Of a stretch of 64,000 nucleotides of DNA, positions 38,813-52,151 are shown in pieces. A program made the translations under genes and the position numbers. Under the pieces are notes generated by a model. It made no database searches. It was not told where the DNA came from and saw only the letters and a list, made by a program, of their open reading frames with translations. Within the stretch, counting starts at the first letter, position 1. Each line of letters begins with the position of its first letter. Source of the stretch: Phoronis australis (Eukaryota > Animalia > Phoronida); NCBI GenBank assembly GCA_002633005.1, contig NMRA01000173.1, positions 216,534-280,533 of the forward strand, given 5' to 3'.

Positions 38813-41577
38813 TAAAATGGATATCAGAATGGACACCAATACAACAGAAACAATTCTAACAACACTATCAAGGTTACCTAAGCTCTTGGTTAGGTGAACA
38901 GTAGTTATAAAGGTCACTTATGGGTCTGCCTGACAGTAAAACTACAAGTGTTTTTGCCACTGGTGTGAACCTGGTATTTGTGACTGAATGGTTACTGCAA
39001 TAAGTCAACAATACAAGGACTGTGTCAGATAATTTCAGCCTCACAACAAAGCATAACCACAAGCAGTAAAGATTATGTGCCACTGACCTTCCTCATAGGG
39101 ATAGACTGTACATCTTTAAGGAAGGTAAACTTGACAAAAATATCTCTGATCCCATCATAGATTATAGACAACTATAGTCTATGGGCCCATTTATTGTTTC
39201 AAGTAAATCAAAGAAAGACTCACATTACCAAATCCAGTTAGGAAACAAATTTGAAATGTCCAAAATCACATGATGTCCAAATTGTTATTTTTTGTTGTAT
39301 AACACATCAAAAGGATACCTCATGTGCACACCATTCAAGCACAAACACATTCTAATAACACTGCCAAGCTTATACAACACCTACCTCATCAGCTGTTTAA
39401 CAACAACTGAATCAAAATGCTAAAACACTACAGTGTCAGCACTGTTCAACACCAGTGTAGTCAATTAATTATTAGTGAACACAGCAGATGTCCACAGGAT
39501 GGAGAAACAGATAACACAATCACTAGGCCCTCTCCAACCCTACATGGTTCTATCTCTCCTGTCCACATCATAAAGACCACAGCAGACACAATGACAGCTG
39601 ATATACTGCTCAGAAACAGACCTTGCTAATCACTAATTTGCTTCTTAGCAGCGACCTACAAATTACCAGGTCTTATGTGGCTATTAGACTGGTTTCCCCA
39701 GAAGTCATTAATTAGACGAAAAATTAATGAAATTTTGTATTGATAAGAAACTTTGTACGTGTGTACAAATAAAATTTATTCTTGAGCATAACTTTTAGAC
39801 ATCACTACTTGACTAATTTTTGTAATTTATGTTTCTAAATATTTCAATATCTTAGAAATGATCATGAATTTTCTTGACTAACTTCAGAAATTAAGTTAAG
39901 ACAAAAACTGTAATCCCACAAGGACACAGGAAAAGGATTTCTCTAGAAAAGCTTAGTAAAAGATAGTAATGTTAAAGGTAGTGTGAAAAAGTGAATACCA
40001 ATCATTTGAAAGGCTACGAGGAGAACTAAAGAGCTGCCTGCCTTACACTGGCCAAAGAAATACAATTACAAACCTCAGGAAGTCTCATAAATCTAACCAT
40101 GGAAGTACACTTGGACCTTTATTAATTCAACCACACTGATTAGGCCTATTGTCATTACCACCTGCACCAGCACACTTAAACAAAGGTCAAAATTGCCATT
40201 CTGACCAATCACAAATCAGTACAAAACAGTACACTACATACACTTCAATATGTTTAATATTTCAACACAATAGACTTTGGTTTCACTCATCAGGTCCATT
40301 GTGGATCCTGTCATCTGGATAAGCGTTAAAACAATGACAATGAAAACAGCCACAAGTTTCAGGTTAAATACCACCCACTGATTGCTATCAACCCTAGAAT
40401 AATACATAAATCTAGCAAAAACAACAGTGTACAGAATGAGAGGAGACCCATTGACAGACATATGGTTGGTATGTGCTGAACACACAAATCTCAACAAAAA
40501 CACATACAAGGCTACATGTGTCACATGTCACAGAACAATTACAATGATATGGTCCAATTTGGTAAGTCTTCTCTTGGCAGGATCTGTTTTTGGAACAGCC
40601 AAAAGCACATGATGCCTTTGTCTGAGGGCAGGCACTGGCCACCTGCCCAATGAGTACATTATTTTACCTGTCAGGTATGCCTCAGGTATCTTGTCCAGGG
40701 ATAACAAAGATACATCAAAGGCCAGAGAATAAAGGCCAGGATACAATAGCTGGCTTAACATTATGTAAACAAGAGTGAATGGATGACACTGATTACTACA
40801 GGGGAACTGTTTTGATTTGATATGCTGGGCTGGTTGGCAGTGACAAGACTTATAGCCTCATTTTATTTGTATTGTAGTTCAGTACACTTTAAAATGTAAT
40901 GCAGGACCTTACTGACATGACTGTGTATTTAGCTGTGATAAGATTGGACTATTCCTCCTTTTCAGGCATGGTATTAAGACAGTCACATTTTTAAAGTAGG
41001 AAAATTAAGATGCCTACGGTATTCTCTATCTTTTGCAAAGCCTTTCCCACTGCCTCCAAAGCTTCGTTGTTGTCAAAGCTTCAGTCAGTGGGAATATTTA
41101 ACTTCAGTCTTGAATCAAAGTTACCACTGCAAGTTGCTCTGAAGTAAAGAGGTGGATTTAAAAGCGACGCGCCCGTGCTTCGCTACAAATGAACACTCAA
41201 CTTTGATGCCATCGAAGTTAACGGCAGGGGTCGCTGCCTGCATTTACCAACAGATGGCGGTGACTGGTTACTATTAGTTAATATTTTTTTTCTAACACTT
41301 ATAATTTTGGCGGTAAAAGCATTCTTTTTTAATTTATCCATGTATTTGCTGGAACCTTTACATTGAAAAAGATCAACGTATAGTGTACAAAAAACAAGTT
41401 TCCACCATGACACACAGCATGTTTGGATCAGCTGTTAGTCTGCGCAAAACTCATTTTTTAATATGTTGAATACCAGAACATCAGCATCATCCCAACATGG
41501 CAACCATTGTCTGCCTTGTTAAGTTGACATTCTAGTTTCCATCTGCCATTTTTGATGGCAAGCACTGTCAAAAACAG

Positions 41578-41667
41578 CAAGGCCATATGACCACCAAAGG
41601 GCCATATGACCACCAAAGGGCCATATAACCAAAGGGCCATATGACCAAAGGGCCACATGGCCAAAGA
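41578..41667. repeat. 16-19-bp tandem repeat
   Basis: Unit CCAAAGGGCCATATGA(CCA). Confidence 0.85.
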
Positions 41668-43120
41668 TCATATTAATGCCGCCTTCCAATAACTTCCAAT
41701 AACTTTGCTAAATTATAATTCCAAAGTTGATGGGAAAGCTAATGCTTAACTTTGCTGTTAACCACATTTAACTTCAAAGCTTCAATAGAAGTTAACAGAA
41801 TGGGAAAGTAACTTAATAGTAGGACTACTTTTGAAGCTTTAGAATAAAAACGGGATGCAATTTTTTATTTTAAAGGGACATTATTGGATTTACGCATTTT
41901 TGGGATTACTGTTAGGTATTCTCCACAGAATTTTTGAAGCTTTGACCATAGCTATAAAACAACAAAATCCATTCTTTTGGGAATGTCCCTGTACGGCAGA
42001 AATGTGGTCAGCATCTCCAATGCCCAGGAAATAGTTGCCACCATTCGAAAAATGAAAAAGCAGGTCATCTAGAGCTAGGCCACATCACAAATGTTTGCCA
42101 CAACACCACAAAAAAACCTCACGATGTATTTTTTCTACTTGAGCCTGTGCCTCATCAACTTTTAGTCGTGCACATGAAATGGAAAGTGGAAATATGGGTA
42201 TATCATGTAGAAAAGCTGCATGTGTCAAAATGTAGAAGGCCCACATTGTAATGATGTGGTGAGACATGTAACAAAGCTGTAAGAAGCAAGACGGTGTCAA
42301 AAAGTGGGACAGTTGGCAAGAATGCCAGCGGCACCTCTCCCAGTGGTGTATATAGGATATCATAAGGGGTGGTCCAACATTTTGTCTCGAGAATCGCGCA
42401 CGGCATGGGCGCACCCAGCCTAAAATATAGGGAGGCCCGCATTTCCAGTCCATGCCTCCTATTCACATCTGGTATGACAGACCAGTACAGGCTACTTGTT
42501 GCTTAAGTCTTAATAAATACGAGCTACACCGAGACCACTGTCTCAATACACAGTGGTAGATTTGGGGGGGGGGAGACTCAAACCCCCATTGGCCGTCGAC
42601 AAAAACAAATAGTTAAAACATCATGGAAATAAATTACTGCTGCTAATGATCAGCGTATAGGCCTCCTTTTGTTTATGTGCATGTGTTGAAGGGAGGGCAT
42701 TGGCACAGATATCACAAAGTGAAAAATGTTAGCACCCCTCATGTTACCCTAGAATAGATCCACCAGTCTACTAGTAATGATGATGGCCAACTAGAGTCAT
42801 CAAAATCATGACCTTGGAACGTGTGTGTATGACACTTTACCAAAGTCAAATAGCCCGATAACAAAAAATGCCCAAAAAGTGATTAAGCTTAAGGAGTGGT
42901 CGCGCACTCAATGGCTACATGACTAACTTGAAGTTTACGTCTCAGCGTCGTCTGTGCACTTCTGTAATATTCTTGTCACTGTCAGTCAAAATTTCAAACA
43001 GTCGTCAACTGTTTCCGCCTTATAATTATAAATAAAATCCCTAACGTTATTCTAAACTCTAGAACGTTTATGGTGGTTCATTGTTTACCGAGATCCTCAC
43101 AGAGTATAAATCGTACTCAC

Positions 43121-43263
43121 CTCAAATACTCCTGCAGACAAGTGTCGCAAAAACGATGACCACAGGTTGTAATTTGAACAGGGTCCCGCATAGGCAGTTG
43201 ACATATGGGACAAACGACCTTCTTTCTTGGTCTTTCTGAAAATTTGTGAGTATAACCAGGCAT
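43121..43263 (-). CDS. TRAF4: TRAF4 exon 1 (start codon, C3HC4 RING finger)
   Basis: ATG at 43263; MPGYTHKFSERPRKKVVCPICQLPMRDPVQITTCGHRFCDTCLQEYL(S); GTGAGT donor; 143 nt. The seven exons join in frame to 466 aa collinear with recalled vertebrate TRAF4. Confidence 0.96.
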
Positions 43264-43678
43264 TCTCAAGGTCTAGAAAAGCGCGGAAATGGATAAAAAA
43301 CAAGCGTCGCGCCCACCCTTCAGCGTCGCCCGAGCTTGTCTTGGTGCGAATTTCTTTCACCGTTTGTTTATAGAAAAATCGAAGGGATCAAGATTTAGGA
43401 AATTGAGAGTGAATCAAAACTTTTAACCTTTTAAAGCTATGAAGTTCAGATAAAATCTCAGAAACGGTAGAAAATTTTTACATTAAACAAATCCAAAACG
43501 TTTTATGTGATTTTGAACTTCGGCAACATGGATAAAGGTTAGTCCGTTCGATGCCCCATGTTGTCGGCTCATTTAGCGCCACCTCTTGTTAAAAGTCAGA
43601 TTGTCCCACTTTCAGCTCCCCGCAGTCAGTGGTTTGTGAGGGTCGTACAGTTACGTTTGACCATTGATCTAGATTTAT

Positions 43679-44264
43679 CTGGAGCTCGGCTTTCCAAAAA
43701 ACTGAGTTTAGTTCATTTTTGACTTAGGTCTAAGATTTGTCTTAACGTCTAAGCCTTTAAACTTCCACATCGGTTAAAGTAGTCAAAATTAAGAAAAAAA
43801 ATTAAGTCAACTATATTGGAAAGAAAGTTATTTTAAAGTTGACTTAAGTTTAAGATTTGCCTTATATTGTTGGTCAGAGTTTTTGGAACGGCGGCCGCCT
43901 GGCAACTCCAGTGGCAGCCCGGTGAAATCTAGAACTCTAGAAAAATCCGACAGACACTAGGGCCACAAAGCTGAAAAACTCTGAAAACAGACTTGAGGAA
44001 ACGATCTCAAAGATACAGTTGGCAATTAGTATATAGGCTATGGAATTCATTCAGACCCGCTCTAATTGTGTCTCAAACTAGACCATAGTCTAGTAATCCC
44101 AAACCACTTCGGGGAATGTAGGCTTAGTATCTGACAACTAAGTCAAACTTAAGATCTATAGCTTTCTTCGAAATGGACTAGAGACAAATTTAAGTTTTAT
44201 CTTAAAACTGACTGAAATTTAAGATTTGTTTTAGCTAAGTCAGTTTTCTTAGATCGGGTCCCTG
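43679..44264. mobile_element. Non-autonomous TIR element
   Basis: CTGGAGCTCGGCTTTCCAAAAAACTGAGTTTAG ... CTAAGTCAGTTTTCTTAGATCGGGTCCCTG; TAT on both flanks; internal CTTAAG/TAAGATTTG repeats. Confidence 0.55.
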
Positions 44265-44584
44265 TATGATGACGACTCGTATGTCAATTCGAAGTTCATA
44301 CGCCAAACTTGATTGTCTGTGGTGCCTTGAGTACACAACAAAACACACCTGAATTATCTTTCCCCCGTAAAAAATCCAGTTTACTCTAGGGGGTCCGTTT
44401 TCATGAGCGGCGCACCATAGGGGACTGGGGGGACTATAGCCCCCCACTTTTTCCAATGCAACGCCGCACATGGTCTATAGGAGGTGCACTACAAGGGGGC
44501 CAGTAAGGGGTACTAACAGATAACATCTGCGCATTTCCTGATTTTCGAAAAAATATATCCGCCCTTGAAGGAGTGCCTTGACGA

Positions 44585-46321
44585 CAGTGGCGGATCTACG
44601 GGGGGGGNNNNNNNNNNNNNNNNNNNNNNNNNNNNNNNNNNNNNNNNNNNNNNNNNNNNNNNNNNNNNNNNNNNNNNNNNNNNNNNNNNNNNNNNNNNNN
44701 NNNNNNNNNNNNNNNNNNNNNNNNNNNNNNNNNNNNNNNNNNNNNNNNNNNNNNNNNNNNNNNNNNNNNNNNNNNNNNNNNNNNNNNNNNNNNNNNNNNN
44801 NNNNNNNNNNNNNNNNNNNNNNNNNNNNNNNNNNNNNNNNNNNNNNNNNNNNNNNNNNNNNNNNNNNNNNNNNNNNNNNNNNNNNNNNNNNNNNNNNNNN
44901 NNNNNNNNNNNNNNNNNNNNNNNNNNNNNNNNNNNNNNNNNNNNNNNNNNNNNNNNNNNNNNNNNNNNNNNNNNNNNNNNNNNNNNNNNNNNNNNNNNNN
45001 NNNNNNNNNNNNNNNNNNNNNNNNNNNNNNNNNNNNNNNNNNNNNNNNNNNNNNNNNNNNNNNNNNNNNNNNNNNNNNNNNNNNNNNNNNNNNNNNNNNN
45101 NNNNNNNNNNNNNNNNNNNNNNNNNNNNNNNNNNNNNNNNNNNNNNNNNNNNNNNNNNCGGTGCGAAAACCCTTCCTAGACAACCTCTCGCAGCAGTTGA
45201 CGACCAGATGTATAAAATACATGTATGAGCAACCACTGGGCATTAAAAAGTGTCTAGAGAGAAGTTTTCAATTCAAACTTTTTTGCATAGTACACTTTAG
45301 GTCTCGCGAGGGACCAGGCCAGCTTGATTTGTGTAGATAGTGAGTTTCAGTGTACTTCTGGTTCCTCGGCGAACTAGTCTTGTGATGTTTTTTTACCAAA
45401 GTGTGCTTTGTAAAACTATCTATCTCAGCCAGTACTGTTTGGTCCCGCCACAGATCAACTATGTTTATAGGGATAATAAGCACAGGTGTACTTTTGGTCT
45501 CGTGACGGACCAGGCCTTTTTGTGTACTCTCAGTGTACATCTGGTCCCTCTGCGAACTGGTCCTGTTTATATTTTCACCACGATGTACAGAATGTTTTGG
45601 TTTCTTGAAACTGTTTTCAGCTGATTCGTTTCCAGATACATTTGACGTTTTTCAATTGTTGTCAACGTGATTCAGCTTAATGAAGTGATACGTAATTGTT
45701 TATTGTCGCTTTTAATAATATACTATGAGCTGAGAGCACCATCGTTTGCCAGTTTTTCTCATAATTAGACAGAACACATGTTTATTTCCAGACTAACAGT
45801 ACAGGTCTTCGTTCTTAACAACTTGAGGCTGCTGTTACGCGATCATCTGATATTCAATGTTTTACTCCCCGTCGGGTGCTCCTTATGCTCTTGAATATTT
45901 GGTAGTTGTCTAACCCCCCACACACACCACACTTTTTCATATACGACTTTTCGTATGCTAAAAAGGTGTGTATAATCAGATGTTCCAACAAAAATTTTTG
46001 CTGGTGGCGTGATTCATACCCAGATGTGCACAAATATGGTTTCACGAAACTTGTGAGCCACGTTCATGCGACGAAATCGAGAAGGGTTTTAAATTATCTT
46101 AAGAAAAACTCAAGAGACATGTTATTAGTGCCAGAAACTTACCAGGATGCATGGAAATTTCACTATTTGGCTACAAAAACAAAAAAAATGGTCTTACACG
46201 GAGGGGGGAAACCCCCTCCCGACCTCCCCCCTCTCGGCGCCACGCCGTGCCTCGGATTCGACCCGGCTTTGCGGGAATGAATCCTAAACCCCCCCTTACT
46301 GAAAACGTAGATCCGCCCCTG
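44585..46321. mobile_element. Non-autonomous DNA transposon with 16-bp TIRs and 5-bp TSD (contains an N gap)
   Basis: CAGTGGCGGATCTACG ... CGTAGATCCGCCCCTG; GACGA duplicated at 44580-44584 and 46322-46326. Confidence 0.85.
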
Positions 46322-46893
46322 GACGATATTCAAGTGGCCAAATGTTGGAACCAGTTACCTCCATTTTGCTGCCATTTGTGAAATCGTGCAACCGGCTTTC
46401 ATGTTGAAGGTCACTTCCTGCACCTTTTTGTGACAAAAGACGGTGGAATGAACTAGTCACGCATTTTCCAAGCTCAATGATGTTTAGCCTTTCATCTTAA
46501 GGTGTCCCATTTCAGACGGAACCCTCTCTCGGTGAAGCAGTTCGGGGGAAATGTCTCTTTGTCCTTCTATGCATGAAAATCCGACACTGCCAATATTCAT
46601 GAGGGAATTTGAGATTTCAAATTCATCAAAAAAAAAAAATACAAAACATTCGTGCCCAGCACAGCAGTATCAAGACATTCGACCCAAACAACCAAATCAT
46701 GTGAACAAAATACAATAGGATTTTGACCTCCATCGAAAGGGTGGAATTTTGAAGAACGTGAAGACCACTATTTGTGAATTACACAAAAGGACTATTTCCG
46801 ATGGTTAGTTACTTTATGATCTACCGCGACTGAGGACAGGGGCACCAATTGTCTTTAGTACCCAAAGCAGCCGTTAGATGGCCTATGTAAATA

Positions 46894-46903
46894 ATGGCGG
46901 ATG
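46894..46903 (+). CDS. GTF2H3: GTF2H3 (TFIIH subunit p34/Tfb4) exon 1
   Basis: ATG GCG GAT G followed by GTAAGG; phase 1 fits exon 2 (MADE). Confidence 0.85.
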
Positions 46904-46995
46904 GTAAGGTTTCAGGGTCGGTCGAAATGTGTCCCGTATAGTTTTATTTGTTAACAGCGCTGCATGACTTCATAACAACTTTTTTACATTTTCAG

Positions 46996-47087
46996 AGGAT
47001 GTGTCGAGTCTACTGGTCGTAGTAGTTGATGTAAACCCTGTATGGTGGGGAATGAGGTCGCTGAAGCACAATCTACAGGAAGGCAAC
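46996..47087 (+). CDS. GTF2H3: GTF2H3 exon 2
   Basis: TTTCAG / GTAAGT, 92 nt; EDVSSLLVVVVDVNPVWWGMRSLKHNLQEGN (start of vWA-like domain). Confidence 0.94.
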
Positions 47088-47179
47088 GTAAGTCAACGCC
47101 GTTCACAATCACAATCATGAATCAAAATACCAGCTTCACACACATCTCTTAATAACTCATAACATGATCATGTGTTATT

Positions 47180-47300
47180 ACAGTGTGTTCGTGCCACTGG
47201 TGAAAACGTGAAAACTTAACTAATTCAAGTTTCGAACCTGGTACCTCTTGCCAGCCTTGAAAGGCGTCCTCAACCAGTCAACCAAAGGGCAATTGCTGTG
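47180..47300 (-). mobile_element. tRNA-derived SINE-like fragment
   Basis: Minus strand has A-box-like TGGTTGACTGG and B-box GGTTCGAAAC; diverged related copy at 48640-48750. Confidence 0.5.
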
Positions 47301-47330
47301 TTCCGTAGGCAAGTGGTTAAGAGAGGCCTT

Positions 47331-47930
47331 TAATTACTCAGCGCGTGCAAGCGCAGAATACTGTTGTTCCTGGGTTTTCTTCAATTTTATTGTTATTCTT
47401 ATTACTCTGCGCGTGTAAGCGCAGAGTATTGTTGTTCGTGGGTTTTCTTCAATTTTATTCTTATTCTTATTCTTCTTCCGACCAACTTTGAGCCGAGGCT
47501 TAATAACTCCAAATTGGGTGCAGGTACAGTCTTTAAATTCAGCATATGACTTTTGACAGCACATAAATTTTGATTCGTTATATAATCATATTCCATAAGG
47601 CACCGGAAGAGGTCATTTGGTGCAAAGGTCATGTAATTTTCAAAATGCTACTCCTTCTTTATTTTAAAAGCTATTCTTTTCAAATTTGGTACACAGGTAT
47701 AAGTCAATAAGGCAATTAAAAAAATTACTTTTCTAAGTAATCGGGTCTTCCAATCAGGTTAAACAGGTCAAAGTCATTAGGTGCAAACTAAAACTTTGAG
47801 CTAGACACTTCAAATTCACAGGTCTGATTGGCACAGGTAATTCAATTTGGAATCCAAAGGTTCAGGTCATTTAGTGCAAAAATGGGGTCATTAGGTGCAT
47901 TTTTCTTCTGAAAATTTGACCTTTTCAATC
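47331..47930. mobile_element. Helentron-like non-autonomous element (second family) with duplicated head
   Basis: Hairpin CTCTGCGC-GTGTAA-GCGCAGAG next to a (TTATTC)n microsatellite; first ~69 bp tandemly duplicated; internal GGTCATTTGGTGCAAA repeats; right end approximate. Confidence 0.55.
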
Positions 47931-48639
47931 AGCAAGTATTCTGATGTGTCAACCGTTAGACAACTGTGATTCTCAGCATTAAACACATTTTTTATGGGCT
48001 TTGCAATAATTCTCCTAAAGACGCTTATAATGCACCGGATAGGGTCAATTACCCACAGATGCAAAATCTGTCAGCTGAAAATATTTTAATATAAGTATGA
48101 TAAAAAGTCGGTGATCTTCAACTCTGATGTTGCCCTTGTCACAGATTATGTTCTCTCTGGCATCCATCCATACCAGAAGGTCATCCAATTATAACATTCC
48201 AATAAATAAGACAGATTACAAGAAAAAGACATTCTTTCTTAGAACAGTGGCGCATTAGAATAACTTCTCTTGACATCTTTGTCAGCAAGCTATTTGCCTT
48301 TCTGAAGTAACATAGTCGGATGCCTTCATCTGGGGTACCTGCTTACTGTCTGCCCTATCTGTATACGACCTAGCTATGTTAACTCATCTCTGAAGTGGCG
48401 TTCACTATGTATATATTTTTAAACATGTTGTTGTTGTTTTTGTCTTTGTTGATCTTCATTGATATAAAGTGACACAATACTCTGGAGAGAGTGTGGTCAC
48501 TTGACACAATACTCTGGAGAGAGTGTGGTCACTTGAACCTTGAAGAACTCTACTTCCACCTTCTCCTCAGCCATTATGGCAGTGCCATCAAACTGAGGAG
48601 GCTGCGTGGTCCCTTTCTGCCATCGTGAGTACGCACTGT

Positions 48640-48750
48640 TGTTGGGCGCCAGTGTAGTGAAAACTCATCTAATCCAAGTTTCGAATCCGATATTTCTTGC
48701 TTCAATGCCAGGCATCCTAACCAGTTGACCCAAGATCAATTACCCTTTGG
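48640..48750 (-). mobile_element. tRNA-derived SINE-like fragment
   Basis: Similar to 47180-47300; GATTCGAAAC B-box on the minus strand. Confidence 0.45.
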
Positions 48751-50686
48751 CGATTGATTATGAAAGGCCTTTATAACTACACTCACTGCAATTCAGCACA
48801 CTCTACTCTATCCAATGATTTAGTGGTCACGCCGCCTGGAACTCAACATCAGATCGGCCCCTGTACATCCGTGCCAAAAAGTGTGGTGAACTCTTACTTA
48901 GTTCTACAGACCCCTTATAGCTATCTCAGCATGAGAGTGTCGAGCGCTCACCCGCACACTTTCTTCTTGCTTCAATATTTCAATAGTCTACTCTCTCCTT
49001 TGAGCTCTCAATTCTAACTGCTTGTGATTCCACTGACATACCCCAGCCCCCAAGTGAGTTAGCAATCTCAAAACGAGGCTGTTAACCCTCATTACAGTGA
49101 AGCTTAACATCTGGTTTTTACTATCATACAAGGAACAAATAAATTCAAGGGCCTTGTCTTGGCCTTGGTGCTGTCATGGACGCAGGACAGTGCAATGCTG
49201 TATTTTACACAGCTTTGCAGCGGTATGGATAAAAAACTGGCCAAGGCAAGTAATTCTGACAAAAGATTAATGTCATTAAAAACTATACTCTTCCTTGTGT
49301 AAATTAAATTACTTAGCGGTACTATAAAGTTGCTATTGTGCTGTGTTTTTGCTGCTAAATTCGTGGAGCGATCATATGTCGGCATTCAGTGTCATGAAAT
49401 AGAGCGTCCCCTATTGGCCATTTTTTGTTTATTCTACAGTCAAGTGTTCCTCTTTCTCAAGGCTGTGTTCATGTCATGGCAAATTATTGAAATTGGTTTT
49501 ACTACGTTTTAAGTTTTTAGTAGTTTAATAAAAAATAAATCGTATTTCCGAGCAAAATTTGCTCTGGTGAAGCTGTCATCATCAGAAAGATTATTTGACT
49601 TTCAACCTTACACCCACACTATTGACCAAAAATTGAAAAAAAATAAAAATCATTACAAAGACTAATGACTGATCTTGTATATTTTCCAAAAGGTGTTCAT
49701 CTTTTATCGACCTGCAATTAAATTACTGCTCGTGAAAAATAAATGGTTGAAAGCCTTTGTCAAATATATTGAAAAGGCACCTAAATTGTAACATATTTAA
49801 CTTGTACATTAAAAGTGATAAAATTCCATAATGATTGTCCCAGTAGTAATGGAGTATGGCGTGTGAACAGTGAGAAATATCAAGAAAAAAAACATTTAAA
49901 TTATTACGCATTTGATATGAAATATATTGAAATATTTTGTCGCAATCCTTACTCTTGAAGTGAACACATTACCACACCTCAGTTGGCACAAGAGCGCCTA
50001 TGTATATATGAACATCTGTAGACAGCACACGGGTCTCAGTAAACCTGTTTGATGAAAGGTATCTGATAGTCACAATCTGTCTTCTGAAACTTTTGAGCCA
50101 ATGAAAGCTCTTGAAGCCTATATTTTCTAGTGAAACTTCACAGTCAGTGAGGGCCCTGAACAAATACTTATAATATTACATTGTATTCGTTTGTGCAGGT
50201 TTTATGTTCTGGTAACCTATTTGATGAATGCCTCGCCTACCAACACTGATAGGAAAACTTAATTTACTAATTGACTACATAACCACTTTCATGGAGGTTT
50301 TGACGATATTTTATTTAAAATGCATAAATGTATTTATAATAGCATAACAGTTTATGCACATTGACAATATTAACATTTAGGAACGTTTGTATCTCTACTG
50401 TATGCTTTAGACACAAAATAGCCTCCAGTAGTGGAGAATGGCTGTTTAGCCTATTTTGTCAAGTAAGCTTAGCTACCCATGTATTGATTTTTAGTCAAAA
50501 GTCAAATGACCATGAACTCCTTAAGAAACATAGCCCTTAGGTTAACCTCTGGTGAGGGTCAAACTAATGTGACAGTGTCAGATACTGAATATTCATGCCA
50601 TAAGCAAGAGTATGGATGGATTATTTTTTATGCACATACATAGTTGTATTTATTTCAAATGTTAACATCTCTGCTTCTTGTTGCAG

Positions 50687-50793
50687 ATTGTTCTCTCGTA
50701 CTGCCTAAACAGCATTACAGCATTTGCCAATGCCCATCTAACACTGTCTGGCAAGAATAAGTTGGCTATCTTGGCATCTATTGTTAATGAGAG
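50687..50793 (+). CDS. GTF2H3: GTF2H3 exon 3
   Basis: TTGCAG / GTAACT, 107 nt; IVLSYCLNSITAFANAHLTLSGKNKLAILASIVNE(S). Confidence 0.94.
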
Positions 50794-51933
50794 GTAACTG
50801 TATACTTGAAAGTTTTCTACTTATTAAGTTGTTGCTTATATTGTCATATGATACTGAGGCAGTTGGGTCATGCTTTCAAAAATATATAAGTTTTGTTTCA
50901 TGTAACTGGCCTCATTACAAATATGTCATACATAAAGAATATCTAAGTAGTATGTTGAGTGACCTAGTAAGAATCCCAGATTGCTTCGAAGTTGCCTCAC
51001 ACACATGCCTTCAAAATACTACATAAAGTAAACAGATGAAAGTTGGAATGGTTCTGCAAAAATCGGAAGGACTGTTCCGAGTCATGCACAGGTAATATGT
51101 GTTGATCATATGTTTCTGCCTCAGGAGGTGATCCTGCTCAGGATATTGGGCCTGAGATGGGAAAATTAGCCGTTACCAAGCCTCCGAGACACTCTAATTT
51201 TCTGTTTGGCTAAAAAACATTGTGTGGGTGATTTTCAGTTCTCCTGCTGACTCTTGCCAATTTTTCACTATAGATATTTAATTTCTGGCTCTTGTCAACT
51301 ATTTGTGCCAGGAGTTTTGTATCCTGCACCTGTACGCAGTTTCCCTATTTTGGCAACCCCTGCTCCTGTTGGTGACCTGGGAATTTGTACATGTAAATCT
51401 GAATATAGATGACACTGGAGAAGAAAGTGTATTTCTGATTCCATCTTTGCACTATTACAGCAGGGTTATACCCTTTCTATCACTATCAAGACCACTCAAC
51501 CTTCCCTTAACTATAAATTAAGAATGCGCCAAACATCTTGAAGGCTACTCTATGCGAATTATTATCTAAATATGTTATGTATTCTTCAGTAACAAAATTT
51601 CTCTAATCCTGCCTGTCAAGATCTCATCATCCTTGACAATACCCTGTATGATCTGGGACAGCCCTATTGGAAATGATATAATCTCCTAAGACTTATTGTA
51701 AGAATTACTTAATTATGTGTATCTATTAAATTGAACCTTGTTGTTTCCTTAAACAGACATCATGCGAGGTACTTTAATAAAGGGACAAAAGAAATTTGCC
51801 TAAAAGATTACTTTTTTGCTCTAGAATTAATGAATTTTCGTTTTTCAAAATTTCCATCATTTCTTGTTTGCAGAAAATTGGAACAATTTTAAGATGGCAT
51901 CTTATTAATATCATGTTGAACTTTCTATTTCAG

Positions 51934-52151
51934 TCATTTTTTGTATCCCAAACCATTAGGAAACGGAGTTATACAAAATGGAGAGGCTGCCCCAAAGAAT
52001 GGGCCACCTCTTCGCGATGGCCGCTATGAAGTGTTTTCTGAAGTTGACTCTACCATTGTCAGTGAATGCAAAGAACTCATAACCAAAAATACACAGACTG
52101 AACTGCACAGCGATTGTTTGCTAGCTGGTGCTATGGCGATGGCCCTGTGTT
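51934..52151 (+). CDS. GTF2H3: GTF2H3 exon 4
   Basis: TTTCAG acceptor, 218 nt; HFLYPKPLG...RDGRYEVFSEVDSTIVSECKELI...LLAGAMAMALC; ends at donor GTATCCTTT. Confidence 0.94.

Noticed and set aside
35765-41820. AAGTT(G/A)CTTTCCCATT-type ends at ~35770, ~41040 and ~41800
   Set aside because: Probably fragments of an old TIR family, but boundaries and TSDs could not be established.
43097-43360. 87-aa minus-strand ORF over TRAF4 exon 1
   Set aside because: Wrong frame; the RING frame starts at ATG 43263.
44475-45243. ORFs over 200 aa
   Set aside because: Almost entirely the N gap (44608-45158).
47180-47300. tRNA gene
   Set aside because: A/B-box-like motifs only, no complete cloverleaf found, and a diverged second copy nearby points to a SINE.
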